From the NCBI GenBank assembly GCA_964496045.1, contig CAZBYE010000001.1, positions 727 through 64,726 of the forward strand: DNA of 64,000 nucleotides, in the 5' to 3' direction. The notes under the pieces are model-generated. The model did not search any database. It had not been told where the DNA came from and saw only the letters and a program-made list of their open reading frames with translations. Origin of the DNA: an uncultured Stakelama sp. (GTDB lineage Bacteria > Pseudomonadota > Alphaproteobacteria > Sphingomonadales > Sphingomonadaceae). The translations under genes and the position numbers were made by a program. How positions within the stretch are numbered: the first letter of the stretch is position 1; every line of letters starts with the position of its first letter. Positions 47,658-56,733 of this stretch are shown in pieces.

Positions 47658-47880
47658 AAACGAAATTACGTTACGGAACGCTGGGATTTCACCTGTTTCG
47701 GCATAGCTGCACGAGGGCCGGGCAGGCATGCTGTACGAGACGATACCCCTTTCCATCACCCCATTCCCCTTGACCGTGCATGGGCTCCGGCACGGCGCGG
47801 AAGGGATGGCTAAGCAGCCACAGCAGCGCGGAATAGCTCCCATATGGGGGTAGCTAAGGCGCCTTCTTGCCGGGGTGTTG

Positions 47881-49044
47881 TTACTCGATTTCGATCGAGG
47901 GTACCGACATCGCCATGCGAACAAGGTCGAGTTGGCGATGGCAGCCGGTCTTGGCCTGGATAGTCTTCAGCCGGGTTCGCGCGGTGGAAAGTTGAATGCC
48001 CAGCTGCTCCGCCGCTTCGGTCAGCGGCACTCCGGCAATCACTGCTCCGGCCAACCGCTCCTCAGCAGGCGACAGACCAAATTGTCGCGCGATCCGGACA
48101 ACGGCGCCCGGCGGCGTCGCATCGGGATCGGAAACGACCAGCAGCATCTGGCCCGGCGCGGGCGGCATCCCGAATTCGGCAGCGGAAGCGACCGGCCACA
48201 GCATCGCATGCAGCGGCGATCCACCTCGCCGCCGCGGCAGCATCGTCCCGGTCAGGTCGGCGTCACCGCGCACCACCCCGTCCGGCAGCATCCGGCATGC
48301 GGCGATGGCGTCCTCCAATGCGCGGTTGCTCTTGTCGTCGAAGCTGCGCAGTCGGCCGAGGCGATTGAGCATGACGCCGTCGTCACGCGCAATCAGCGCC
48401 TCGGCCCGGCGGTTCATCGTCCGCACGCGACCGTCCCGGTCGAGCACGAAAGCGGCATAGGTCCAGCCGTTGAACAACGCCTGTGGGGCCATCGTCGCGG
48501 AGCGCGTCTCGATTAGCGTCCGGCGAAGCTTGAAGGCGCGGCGCAGATGCGGCGCGAGCAGGCCAAGCAGCGACATCTGGTGGTCGCGCCGTGCAGCATC
48601 GTCGCAGCTGTCTGAGAAGGACAGCGATGCCCAGCCTTCCGGTTCGCGTTCCATCAGCATGCCGGTGCCATAGCGACCCAGCCGGTGTGGCAGCATGAAG
48701 TCGTTATAATGCTCGGTCCCGAACAGCTCAGCATCACTGATGATCGATTCCGTGCGCGTCGGCACGCCGACCTGATTGCGCGGTACGAAATCCACATAGG
48801 GGCTGGTGGCGAAATGATAGGCCGCATAGTCGCGCTGCGCTGCCTCGGAAAAGTTGGCAACGATGCTGAGATCAGTACCGGAACTGCCGCTCTCATGGCT
48901 GAACAGCATCACGGTCAGGTCGGGATAGATCGCCTCGATCCGGTCGACGAACTGGCACCACAGCTGCGGATCGAGCGCCGCTTCGTAAATGCCGCCGACC
49001 AGTTCCGCCACAAGCAGGGGTGCGAGGGGTTCCGGGCGTGACAT
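47881..49044 (-). CDS. LuxR-type HTH transcriptional regulator with GAF-like and PAS-like domains
   Basis: IYEAALDP N-terminus, LAPHLRRA, PAS-like AFVLDRDGRV, FGLSPAEERLA...TARTRLKTIQAKTG HTH. Confidence 0.87.
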   Translation of the reverse strand: MSRPEPLAPLLVAELVGGIYEAALDPQLWCQFVDRIEAIYPDLTVMLFSHESGSSGTDLSIVANFSEAAQRDYAAYHFATSPYVDFVPRNQVGVPTRTESIISDAELFGTEHYNDFMLPHRLGRYGTGMLMEREPEGWASLSFSDSCDDAARRDHQMSLLGLLAPHLRRAFKLRRTLIETRSATMAPQALFNGWTYAAFVLDRDGRVRTMNRRAEALIARDDGVMLNRLGRLRSFDDKSNRALEDAIAACRMLPDGVVRGDADLTGTMLPRRRGGSPLHAMLWPVASAAEFGMPPAPGQMLLVVSDPDATPPGAVVRIARQFGLSPAEERLAGAVIAGVPLTEAAEQLGIQLSTARTRLKTIQAKTGCHRQLDLVRMAMSVPSIEIE

Positions 49045-49118
49045 TGCGCGACTCAATTCTCCGTCGGTTAGGTAGCCGAAGCTGAGGATCAGATTGTAGG
49101 CCTGCTGAAATCACGCGT

Positions 49119-49140
49119 ATGTCGCTACTATTAGCGACAG
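49119..49140. promoter_or_regulatory. 22-bp palindromic operator candidate upstream of the luxR-type gene
   Basis: aTGTCGCTA-CTAT-TAGCGACAg, perfect 8-bp arms. Confidence 0.65.
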
Positions 49141-49197
49141 AGTTCGAACCGTCGGTTACAGAGGGCAGCGGGAAATGCCTTACGGCGAACCCGGCCG

Positions 49198-52170
49198 TTA
49201 GAAGGCCAACCTCGCGCCCAGCGTGAAATAGCGCCCAACCACATCGTAGAAGGGCGAGTAGAGCGATCCGTTGGGCGCCTGCTTGTCCAGCAGGTTAGTC
49301 ACGCCGCCATGGATCTCTATCTTCGTTCCCGCGGCGGTCGTGACGCGCACGCGCGTGTGGAGATCGACATAGGTATAGGCCGGGATATGGTTGTTGAGCA
49401 GCCGGATCGTAGAATTGTAGTTGCCTGGGGAGATGTAGCGCGCTCGGATCTGCGCCCCAAAACCCTCACTGTCATAGCCGATGCTGCTGTTGATCCGCCA
49501 TTCGGGCACGCCAAGGCTGAACGAGTTGCCTTGAGAACGGACATACTCGATCGTCGTGACACCATCGTAGGTCTTCAGGCTGTCAACCCAGTTGGCGCGC
49601 AGCCGGAAGGTAAGCTTGCCAGGAAGATCGAGGAAGCGCCGCAGTTGCAGCGTTTGCGAGAGTTCGGCATCGATTCCGTTGGTCTTGTACTCGGACAGGT
49701 TCAGATATGAGGTCAGTGTGCGGGTGATGTTGCCTTCGTCGTCCCGTTCGACGTTCGCACACAATGCCTGATTGCCATTGTAGCAGCGGATGACCAGATC
49801 CTGGGCCGAGACAATGGTGATCACATCGTCGATACGGACCCGGTAATAGTCAATCGAAAGGCGAAGGCCGCGAATTCCCGGCGGTGCGTAAAGGAAGCCG
49901 GCGGTGAACGTGGTCGCCGTTTCGGGCCGCAGGTCCGGATTACCGTCCGTGTGATTGAGCACATAAACGCTCGCGTTCTTCACGGGATCGGTGAGCGTAT
50001 TGTAGCCCACCGTACGCTGTGTGAAGAGCTCCGCGAGATTAGCCGATCGGATATCCCGCGAGCGCGTGAACCGTACACGCAACCCGGGAAGAAACTCGTT
50101 CGTCGCGCCCAGCTTCCATGACCAGATCGAGCCGGTGGTATCATAGTCGGAAAGGCGCACCGCTGCGTTCAGCTCCAGATTCCGCAATAGCGACCGGTCG
50201 CGAGCCAGCGGCACAAGGATTTCGCCAAAAGCCTCTCTGACGGTGAAGCCACCAGCAATCGGTGCGAAGTTGAACGAGCGAAATGCCCGGGCAAGGTCGA
50301 GTTCGCTCACCGACTGCCGGATCGCTTCGCGACGGGCCTCGAATCCCGCCGCGATCGAGATCGGGCCTGCCGCCAGTGTGACCGGTTCGCCCCGCAGGCT
50401 GATCCCGCCGACATCCAATGTGGTCCTGGCGCGCTGACGCGGCGTGCCCGTGACATAGGCGAGCGCCTGCGCGGAAGGTGAGCCCTCGCCGAACAGGTTG
50501 ATCGGCACGCAGGCGCTGGACGGATCGGTGAGCTTGATGCGGCAGACCGGCTGCCCGGTCACCGGGTCGCGCACCGCGTCCACGGCCTGGTTGAAATGGG
50601 CGCCGATCACGAATCCGGGCGTATCGATATCGTTGCGATATTCGCCATGGCTGTAATAGCCGCTCAAGCGCCAGTTCGGCGCCATCGTCGCGTCGATCGC
50701 AATCGTCCCCTGCGTCGTCACCCGCTCGAAATCGATACGGGGGAACGGGAAATCGGAATTGAACCGGCCCATTGTGAAACCGGCTTCTCCCGCCACACGC
50801 AACCGGGCTCCGATGTCGGGCGCCAGAAAGGCATTGTCGCGCGAGATGAAGATGTTGCCGCGATTGTGATCGCCGAACCAGATATAGTCGTTCCACATGC
50901 GCGAGTGGCGCAGTTCCGCCGTGACCTTCACGGCATTGCCTGCCTTGAAGCTGACCCGGCCCAGCGCGCTGTATCGCCGCTGTGGCGTGACGAGGGCGCT
51001 GAGATCGTCGTTCGACGGCCCCTCGCCGCCGATCATTTCTGTCCCTACTACCGTGCCGTACCTGAAATCGCGCAGCGAACCGTCGGGGTTGAAGACCTGA
51101 CCGGCGAGCACCCCGCTGAGGACCAGGCCGCCCCGGGCCGCATTCGCAAACCCGACATCCGGCGTGAGCAGGAAGCTGCCGTCCCCCGCGGCAACGCTGA
51201 CCCAGCGCCCGACGCTCGGACGCGATATCTTGGGAATGACGCCCGCATTGTCGAGATACTCGGCCCCGACGATCACATGGCCGCGATCCCCGGCGAATGC
51301 AGTGCCGAATGCACCCTCGAAACGGCGCTCGGCCGCATCGCCGCGCGAGGAGATTCCAGCTTGAGCACCCAGCTTGACCCCGCTCAAATCCGCGTCGAGC
51401 ACGACGTTCACGACGCCGGCAACAGCGCCCGAGCCCCACGCCGCGGACGCCCCCCCGGTGACGATGTCGACCGATTTGATCAACACGGTCGGAATGGTGT
51501 TGAGATCATTGTCGCTTGAGAAGCGCCGCCCATCGAGCATCACAAGCGTGCGATTGATCCCAAGGCCGCGAAGATCGACCGGCGCCATGCCCGCACTGGT
51601 GTTCGTACCGCTGGTTTGCGGGGAGATGGTTCCCCGGAACTGTGGAAGATCGTTCAAAGCGGCAGCGATATTCGAGCGCGCGCCGATCTCAAGTTCGGGC
51701 CACGTCACGTGCGATGTCGGGGTCGGCGCCTGAAAGCCCAGCACGTCGATGCGCGAGCCGGTGACGACGACGTCCTGCGGTTCTTCCGGCTTTTCGGGGC
51801 TCGCCGCCGGCAGCACGGGGCGTGGCCGGGCAATGACCGGCCGACGATGTGCGCTACGCCCGGCCGCGCGTCGGGTGACGACATAGGAACCGCCTGCCGT
51901 CACGGTGAAATCGAGCCCCGATCCGTTCAGCAGACGGCGCAGCGCCTCTGAAGCGGTGTAAGTGCCGTTGAGCGGGGGCGCGAGGCGTCCCTTCGCGGCG
52001 CTCGGCATGAAGATGATGTTTGTGCGGGTGACGGTCGCGACCGCCTCGAGCGACAGGGAGAGATCCTGTCGTGGCAGCGCGAAATGAAACCGGGCAGCAG
52101 TTTGCGCTTCGGCGGCAGTCGCAGCCACGCACGCAATCGCGCACATCGCTGCCAGTTTGCCGCCCCGCAT
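49198..52170 (-). CDS. TonB-dependent transducer (FecA-type, N-terminal STN signalling domain)
   Basis: FALPRQDLSLSL...ALRRLLNGSGL STN domain, DVVVTGS TonB box, plug and barrel, terminal F. Confidence 0.92.
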   Translation of the reverse strand: MRGGKLAAMCAIACVAATAAEAQTAARFHFALPRQDLSLSLEAVATVTRTNIIFMPSAAKGRLAPPLNGTYTASEALRRLLNGSGLDFTVTAGGSYVVTRRAAGRSAHRRPVIARPRPVLPAASPEKPEEPQDVVVTGSRIDVLGFQAPTPTSHVTWPELEIGARSNIAAALNDLPQFRGTISPQTSGTNTSAGMAPVDLRGLGINRTLVMLDGRRFSSDNDLNTIPTVLIKSVDIVTGGASAAWGSGAVAGVVNVVLDADLSGVKLGAQAGISSRGDAAERRFEGAFGTAFAGDRGHVIVGAEYLDNAGVIPKISRPSVGRWVSVAAGDGSFLLTPDVGFANAARGGLVLSGVLAGQVFNPDGSLRDFRYGTVVGTEMIGGEGPSNDDLSALVTPQRRYSALGRVSFKAGNAVKVTAELRHSRMWNDYIWFGDHNRGNIFISRDNAFLAPDIGARLRVAGEAGFTMGRFNSDFPFPRIDFERVTTQGTIAIDATMAPNWRLSGYYSHGEYRNDIDTPGFVIGAHFNQAVDAVRDPVTGQPVCRIKLTDPSSACVPINLFGEGSPSAQALAYVTGTPRQRARTTLDVGGISLRGEPVTLAAGPISIAAGFEARREAIRQSVSELDLARAFRSFNFAPIAGGFTVREAFGEILVPLARDRSLLRNLELNAAVRLSDYDTTGSIWSWKLGATNEFLPGLRVRFTRSRDIRSANLAELFTQRTVGYNTLTDPVKNASVYVLNHTDGNPDLRPETATTFTAGFLYAPPGIRGLRLSIDYYRVRIDDVITIVSAQDLVIRCYNGNQALCANVERDDEGNITRTLTSYLNLSEYKTNGIDAELSQTLQLRRFLDLPGKLTFRLRANWVDSLKTYDGVTTIEYVRSQGNSFSLGVPEWRINSSIGYDSEGFGAQIRARYISPGNYNSTIRLLNNHIPAYTYVDLHTRVRVTTAAGTKIEIHGGVTNLLDKQAPNGSLYSPFYDVVGRYFTLGARLAF

Positions 52171-52260
52171 CAAGTACAGCCTCTACACCACTTCACCGGA
52201 CCATTCCGGTCGATCGCCCGACGATAGTCACGATACGCTGTACGCGGCAGGAAGATGTGA

Positions 52261-53181
52261 TCAAGGCGTCAAAAGCACCGCTTCACCCTCACGCCGCACC
52301 TGCAAGCCGTGAAGCTGCGCCACCGCGGCGGCGAACTCCGCCGGGTTATCGGTCGCGAAAACGCCCGAGATCGGGAGTGAAGCAAGGCGCGCGTCGTTCA
52401 CGATCACCCGCCGCTTGCCGTAGCGGTTCACTTCGGCGACGGCCTCGGACAGGGGAGTATCGCGGAATCTCAGTTCGTTACGGCGCCAGGCTGTGATTGA
52501 ATCGAGTAGTGGAGTGTCAAGCACCGGCACCGCGCCCGGTGTCGCCGACAGGCGTTCGCCCGGCGCTAGGACGGCGAGCCGCTTGCCCGTGCGCGACACC
52601 TCGACCCTGCCGCTGAGCAATGTGACGCGGACGCGATCCCCGTCGCGCCGCACGATGAAGCTGGTGCCGAGCGCCCTGATCCGTTCGTCACCGGCCATGA
52701 CGATGAACGGCCGCGACGCATCGTGCGCCACGTCGAACATCGCCTCGCCGCGGTCGAGCGAGACCTCGCGCTCGTCGCGGGCAAACTTCACCGTGACGTG
52801 GCTGTCGGTATTGAGCGAGACCCGGCTGCCGTCGTCCAGCGCCGCGGTGCGCTGCTCCCCGACCCGCGTGTCGAGGATCAGCGGCTGGTCGAGCAGGACC
52901 GTCATCGTCCCGGCGCCGATGACGAGGGCCAGCGATGCCGCGATCGCCATCGGCACGAACCGCCGGGAGCGTTGCGGCGCTTCATCCTGCGCGACCGCGC
53001 CGGGCAAAAGGTCCCAGACCCCGGTGGCGCGCTCGAAGGCTTCCTGATGCGCCGGATCGGCCTTGAGCCAGTCCTGCAGCGGCCCCCGCGCGTCGGCGCC
53101 CCGCGGACCGTGGAGCCGTGCGAGCCACGCCGACGCCTCCGCGTTCAGGCGCGTTCGCTCTTCGCTGGACCGTATCACCAT
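52261..53181 (-). CDS. fecR: FecR-family anti-sigma/transmembrane sensor
   Basis: EASAWLARL, WLKADPAH, TM, TRVGEQR...LDDGSRVSLNT, AWR, ISGVF. Confidence 0.9.
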   Translation of the reverse strand: MVIRSSEERTRLNAEASAWLARLHGPRGADARGPLQDWLKADPAHQEAFERATGVWDLLPGAVAQDEAPQRSRRFVPMAIAASLALVIGAGTMTVLLDQPLILDTRVGEQRTAALDDGSRVSLNTDSHVTVKFARDEREVSLDRGEAMFDVAHDASRPFIVMAGDERIRALGTSFIVRRDGDRVRVTLLSGRVEVSRTGKRLAVLAPGERLSATPGAVPVLDTPLLDSITAWRRNELRFRDTPLSEAVAEVNRYGKRRVIVNDARLASLPISGVFATDNPAEFAAAVAQLHGLQVRREGEAVLLTP

Positions 53182-53648
53182 CGTTCCATCCAGTTCATCA
53201 TCTCCAGGGTCGCGCGGGCGACCTGTTTTTCAACGGCGGGGATCGACATCCCTTCTTCGCTGGCGATCGTCGCGTAATTGACTCCGTCGAGGCGCCGACG
53301 AAGCAGAATACGGCGCGTGCGTTCGGGCAATCGCGCAAGCCCGGCAGCCGCGTGGTTCAGGCGCGCCTGCGATTGCAGCACCTGTTCCGGGTCCGGCGCG
53401 GCGTCGGCGATGCTGAACACGTTCGCGGCAGAGAACGGCGCACGGCGCTCGCGACGCTCTTCGTCGATCGAGAGGTTGACGGCGGCCTTGACCAGCAGCG
53501 CTTCCTGCGAGCGCACCGTATGCCGCTGTTCGTAGCGCTCCACCTTCAAAAAGGCTTCGTGCACCAAATCCTCGGCATCCTGATCCGGAACGCCGCGCCG
53601 CCGCAAAACGGCTCGCACGTGCCGAAACATCTCGCTCAACTGGTTCAT
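53175..53648 (-). CDS. FecI-like ECF sigma factor
   Basis: DAEDLVHEAFLK, LPERTRRILL, AVEKQVARA; overlaps fecR; start re-called at ATG 53648. Confidence 0.88.
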   Translation of the reverse strand: MNQLSEMFRHVRAVLRRRGVPDQDAEDLVHEAFLKVERYEQRHTVRSQEALLVKAAVNLSIDEERRERRAPFSAANVFSIADAAPDPEQVLQSQARLNHAAAGLARLPERTRRILLRRRLDGVNYATIASEEGMSIPAVEKQVARATLEMMNWMERW

Positions 53649-53735
53649 CGCTTTTCCTGCCCGTCCCCTACATGAGTTGGCCGCCGCAATTCGACAGAAT
53701 TCGTGCACGGAGCGGTACGATCGGCGGCGGGCTGC

Positions 53736-54725
53736 TCATGGCCCGGTGTTGCGGGCGATCTGCCGCCATTCGGATCGAGTCAGCGGAAGCGAGGCGAGTC
53801 CGGCATAATAGGCACGCAGGTCGCGTGCGAACGGCCAGTCCGATGCGGGCAGGAAATGCGCGATCCCGATCCTGCGCATCAGGCCGACCAGCGCCGTCTT
53901 GTTCTGGCCCGATGCGGCGCCGGGCGTGATTGCGCCAAGGTCGAAATAGAGATTGGCGCAGCGTGCGCGGTCCTGTTCGCAGGCATCCGCGAACACACCG
54001 AGCGCGTCGATCGTCGCTGAATCGATACCGCCCCAGCCCGCCGCATGCGCGATCTGTACCGTCGTGCCCTGCGCGGCCGGCAACACGTCGCGGAGGAAGA
54101 TCCGCGCCTCTTCCGCGCCATAGCCGGCAGCCCGGTTGCGCATATGGATCATGATGCGCAGACGCGCCGCCGCCGCGGCGCGTACGGTCGTCGCCAGCGT
54201 CTTCACCTGATCGGGCTGGTGATAGTCGAACCGCGAGTTGGCGAGATGAATCTTGACGCCGGCAACGTTGCGATCGCCATGCCAGCGGTCGATTTCCCAC
54301 AATGCCGTCGCGGTGAGCGGATTGACGCCGATATAGGCTTCGAGCCGCCCGCGATGTTCGCGCGCCAGCGCGACAGTGAAATCATTCGCCTTGCGCACGA
54401 TCGCCACATGATCCGGCGCCGGCGGCACCATCATCGGGCTTTCCGCCAGATAGGCGGTCGACATCACCCGCGCACGCCGAATTCCCGCCTTGTCCATTGC
54501 CAGCAACAGATCACCGGCAGTCAGCGGGGTGGAGAATTCGGGGTCGCATGGGCTGGCCCGGCCCGGGCTGGCGCAATAGTCGGGCAGGATGGCGAGGATC
54601 GCGGGCGAATGGATATGGACATGATGATCCACCGCCACCGCCGGCGCCCTCCGTTCCGCCGCCTTCAAGGGGGCGACGGACAGGAGGACAGCCATGGCGA
54701 TGGTAAGCACGAGCACCAGTGTCAC
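53736..54725 (-). CDS. Exported amidohydrolase-family metallohydrolase
   Basis: Signal peptide, DHHVHIH, MIHM, IAHAAG, ASDWP. Confidence 0.85.
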   Translation of the reverse strand: MTLVLVLTIAMAVLLSVAPLKAAERRAPAVAVDHHVHIHSPAILAILPDYCASPGRASPCDPEFSTPLTAGDLLLAMDKAGIRRARVMSTAYLAESPMMVPPAPDHVAIVRKANDFTVALAREHRGRLEAYIGVNPLTATALWEIDRWHGDRNVAGVKIHLANSRFDYHQPDQVKTLATTVRAAAAARLRIMIHMRNRAAGYGAEEARIFLRDVLPAAQGTTVQIAHAAGWGGIDSATIDALGVFADACEQDRARCANLYFDLGAITPGAASGQNKTALVGLMRRIGIAHFLPASDWPFARDLRAYYAGLASLPLTRSEWRQIARNTGP

Positions 54726-56668
54726 CGAGGCGCGTCGCCGAGCAGGGTCTGTTTCCAGAACAGCACGCTGGTCCAGAAATAATAGTCCTCATTCTCCTTC
54801 TTGCGGAAAACGTGACCGTCATTCTGCGCGAGCAGGTGCCATACCGTGCCGCCCTTGCCGCGGACCGCCTTGATGATCTGATCGGCCTCGCTCGCCGGAA
54901 CGCGCGGGTCGTTGCCGCCGGTCGCGATCAGCAAAGGCAGGTCGATCTTATCGACGCTGGTCAGCGGCGAAATCTCGATCAGCTTGGCGCGCTGCTTCGG
55001 ATCCCGCTCGTCGCCATATTCCACGCGGCGCAGGTCGCGGCGATAGGACTGGGTATTCTCGAGGAAGGTGACGAAGTTGGAGATCGCCACATAGCAGTTC
55101 GCGCCCTTGAGCCGCGCCGAATAATGGGTCGCGGTGGCGTAGCACATATAGCCGCCATAGGAGAGGCCGGTGACCGCGAACCGGGAAGCGTCGAGCGTCG
55201 CATCCCCAGCCAGCGTATCGAGGAACGCGCCGATATCCTTGACCGAATCCTCCCGCTTGAACGGCCCGTTATCGAGATTGACGAAGCGCTTGCCGAAGCC
55301 GCTCGAGCCGCGGACGTTGGGGAAGAACAGCGCGATGCCGAGCTCGTTGAGATAGTAGTTTTCCGAGCCGAGGAAGTCGGGCCGGGTCTGCCCCTCGGGC
55401 CCGCCATGGATGTTGACGACCAGCGGGCGCTTGCCCGGGAAGCGGGCGGGATCGGGGCGATAAAGGAAGCCTGTCACCGTCTCGCCATCGAAGCTCTTCA
55501 CCTCGACGAGCTGCGGCTCGACATTCTTCGCCGGATCGAGCCCGCCGGTCTCGCTCGCGGTCCAGCGCGTCACGGCGAGCGTCTTCGGATCGACGGCAAA
55601 GGCGTCGCCTGCAACGCGCGCCGACGACATGCTGAGCCCGATCGTCCCCCACGGCGCGATCTCGATCGACGAGCCGATCGAATACGGGATCACGCCGGCC
55701 GGAAGACCGGTGACGGCTCGGGTCGCGCCGGTCGCGGCATCCATCACATGCAGCCGGCTGACGCCCGCTTCATTGGTCGCATAGGCAAGGAAGCTGCCAT
55801 CGGGCGCGAGCGCATAGTCGGTCACGTCCCATTTCGGCTCCTTCGACGCCGCGGCGAACTTGCCGGTGCGCGGATCGAGCCGGCCCAGCCGCACGAAATC
55901 GGAATCGATATCCGACAGCGTCCATATGCCGCCATCAGGCGCGTAGCGCGGGGCGATGTACGAGACTTCGCGCTTGAGATCATTGAGCGCGCGCATCTTG
56001 CCGGTCTTGAGATCGAGCTCATAGAGATCGGCGCGGTTGATCGACATGCGGTTGATCACCAGCGCCTTCGCCCCGTCGGCGGAGAAGTCGGCGATGTTCC
56101 AGCCGCCGCCCTTGACCGTCGCGACCAGCCGCTCGGATTTGGGATCGCGCGGGTCGATCACATAGAGATCGGCATCGGCGCCGTTGCGCCGCGTCGAGGA
56201 ATAGCCGAGCAGCTTGCCGTCCGGGCTCCACCCGCCAAACCAGTTGCGGCTCTTGCCGTCGGTGAGCAGCTGGAGGCGTCCGTCGGCCAGCCGGAAGAGC
56301 TGGTAGAACTCGCCGCCGCCGACATCCTTCTGCACCACGGTGACATCGCCGGCACCGGGCGAGATGCTCGCCATCAGGATCGGCTCATCCTCGAAGCTCA
56401 GCTGGGTGCGGTCGGCGTTCGGCGCGACCACCCGGTGTACCTGATCGGTGTTGGCGAAGCGCGTCTTGACCAGCATCGAGCGGTCGACCGGGTTCCAGCC
56501 GAGGAAGTTCGCCTTGCGCGACTGAAGATAGGGCTGCGTGTCGGCGGCGAGCGCTTCGGGGATGGCGGGCATACCATCGGCGACGATCGCGGCGGGTTTC
56601 GCGACCTGAGCGATCGCGGTGGCGGGGAACAGCGCAAGCGCCGCGGCGAAGGCAGGGCGAAGGAACAT
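54722..56668 (-). CDS. Exported S9 (prolyl oligopeptidase/acylaminoacyl peptidase) family peptidase
   Basis: Signal peptide, beta-propeller, IHGGPEGQ, PNVRGSSGFG, GLSYGG (Ser), NDPRV (Asp), DGH (His). Confidence 0.92.
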   Translation of the reverse strand: MFLRPAFAAALALFPATAIAQVAKPAAIVADGMPAIPEALAADTQPYLQSRKANFLGWNPVDRSMLVKTRFANTDQVHRVVAPNADRTQLSFEDEPILMASISPGAGDVTVVQKDVGGGEFYQLFRLADGRLQLLTDGKSRNWFGGWSPDGKLLGYSSTRRNGADADLYVIDPRDPKSERLVATVKGGGWNIADFSADGAKALVINRMSINRADLYELDLKTGKMRALNDLKREVSYIAPRYAPDGGIWTLSDIDSDFVRLGRLDPRTGKFAAASKEPKWDVTDYALAPDGSFLAYATNEAGVSRLHVMDAATGATRAVTGLPAGVIPYSIGSSIEIAPWGTIGLSMSSARVAGDAFAVDPKTLAVTRWTASETGGLDPAKNVEPQLVEVKSFDGETVTGFLYRPDPARFPGKRPLVVNIHGGPEGQTRPDFLGSENYYLNELGIALFFPNVRGSSGFGKRFVNLDNGPFKREDSVKDIGAFLDTLAGDATLDASRFAVTGLSYGGYMCYATATHYSARLKGANCYVAISNFVTFLENTQSYRRDLRRVEYGDERDPKQRAKLIEISPLTSVDKIDLPLLIATGGNDPRVPASEADQIIKAVRGKGGTVWHLLAQNDGHVFRKKENEDYYFWTSVLFWKQTLLGDAPR

Positions 56669-56687
56669 CAGGCACTCTCCAAAAGGT

Positions 56688-56721
56688 CAAACCCGCCTCG
56701 GCATGGTGCCGGGCGGGTTTG
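56688..56721. terminator. GC-rich hairpin between the TonB receptor and the peptidase
   Basis: CAAACCCGCC(T)CGGCA-tgg-TGCCGGGCGGGTTTG. Confidence 0.65.
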
Positions 56722-56733
56722 CCGAAACAACGA

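Noticed and set aside
47881-49044. AHL quorum-sensing LuxR
   Set aside because: Too long, has a GAF/PAS-like N-terminus rather than an autoinducer-binding domain, and there is no luxI nearby.
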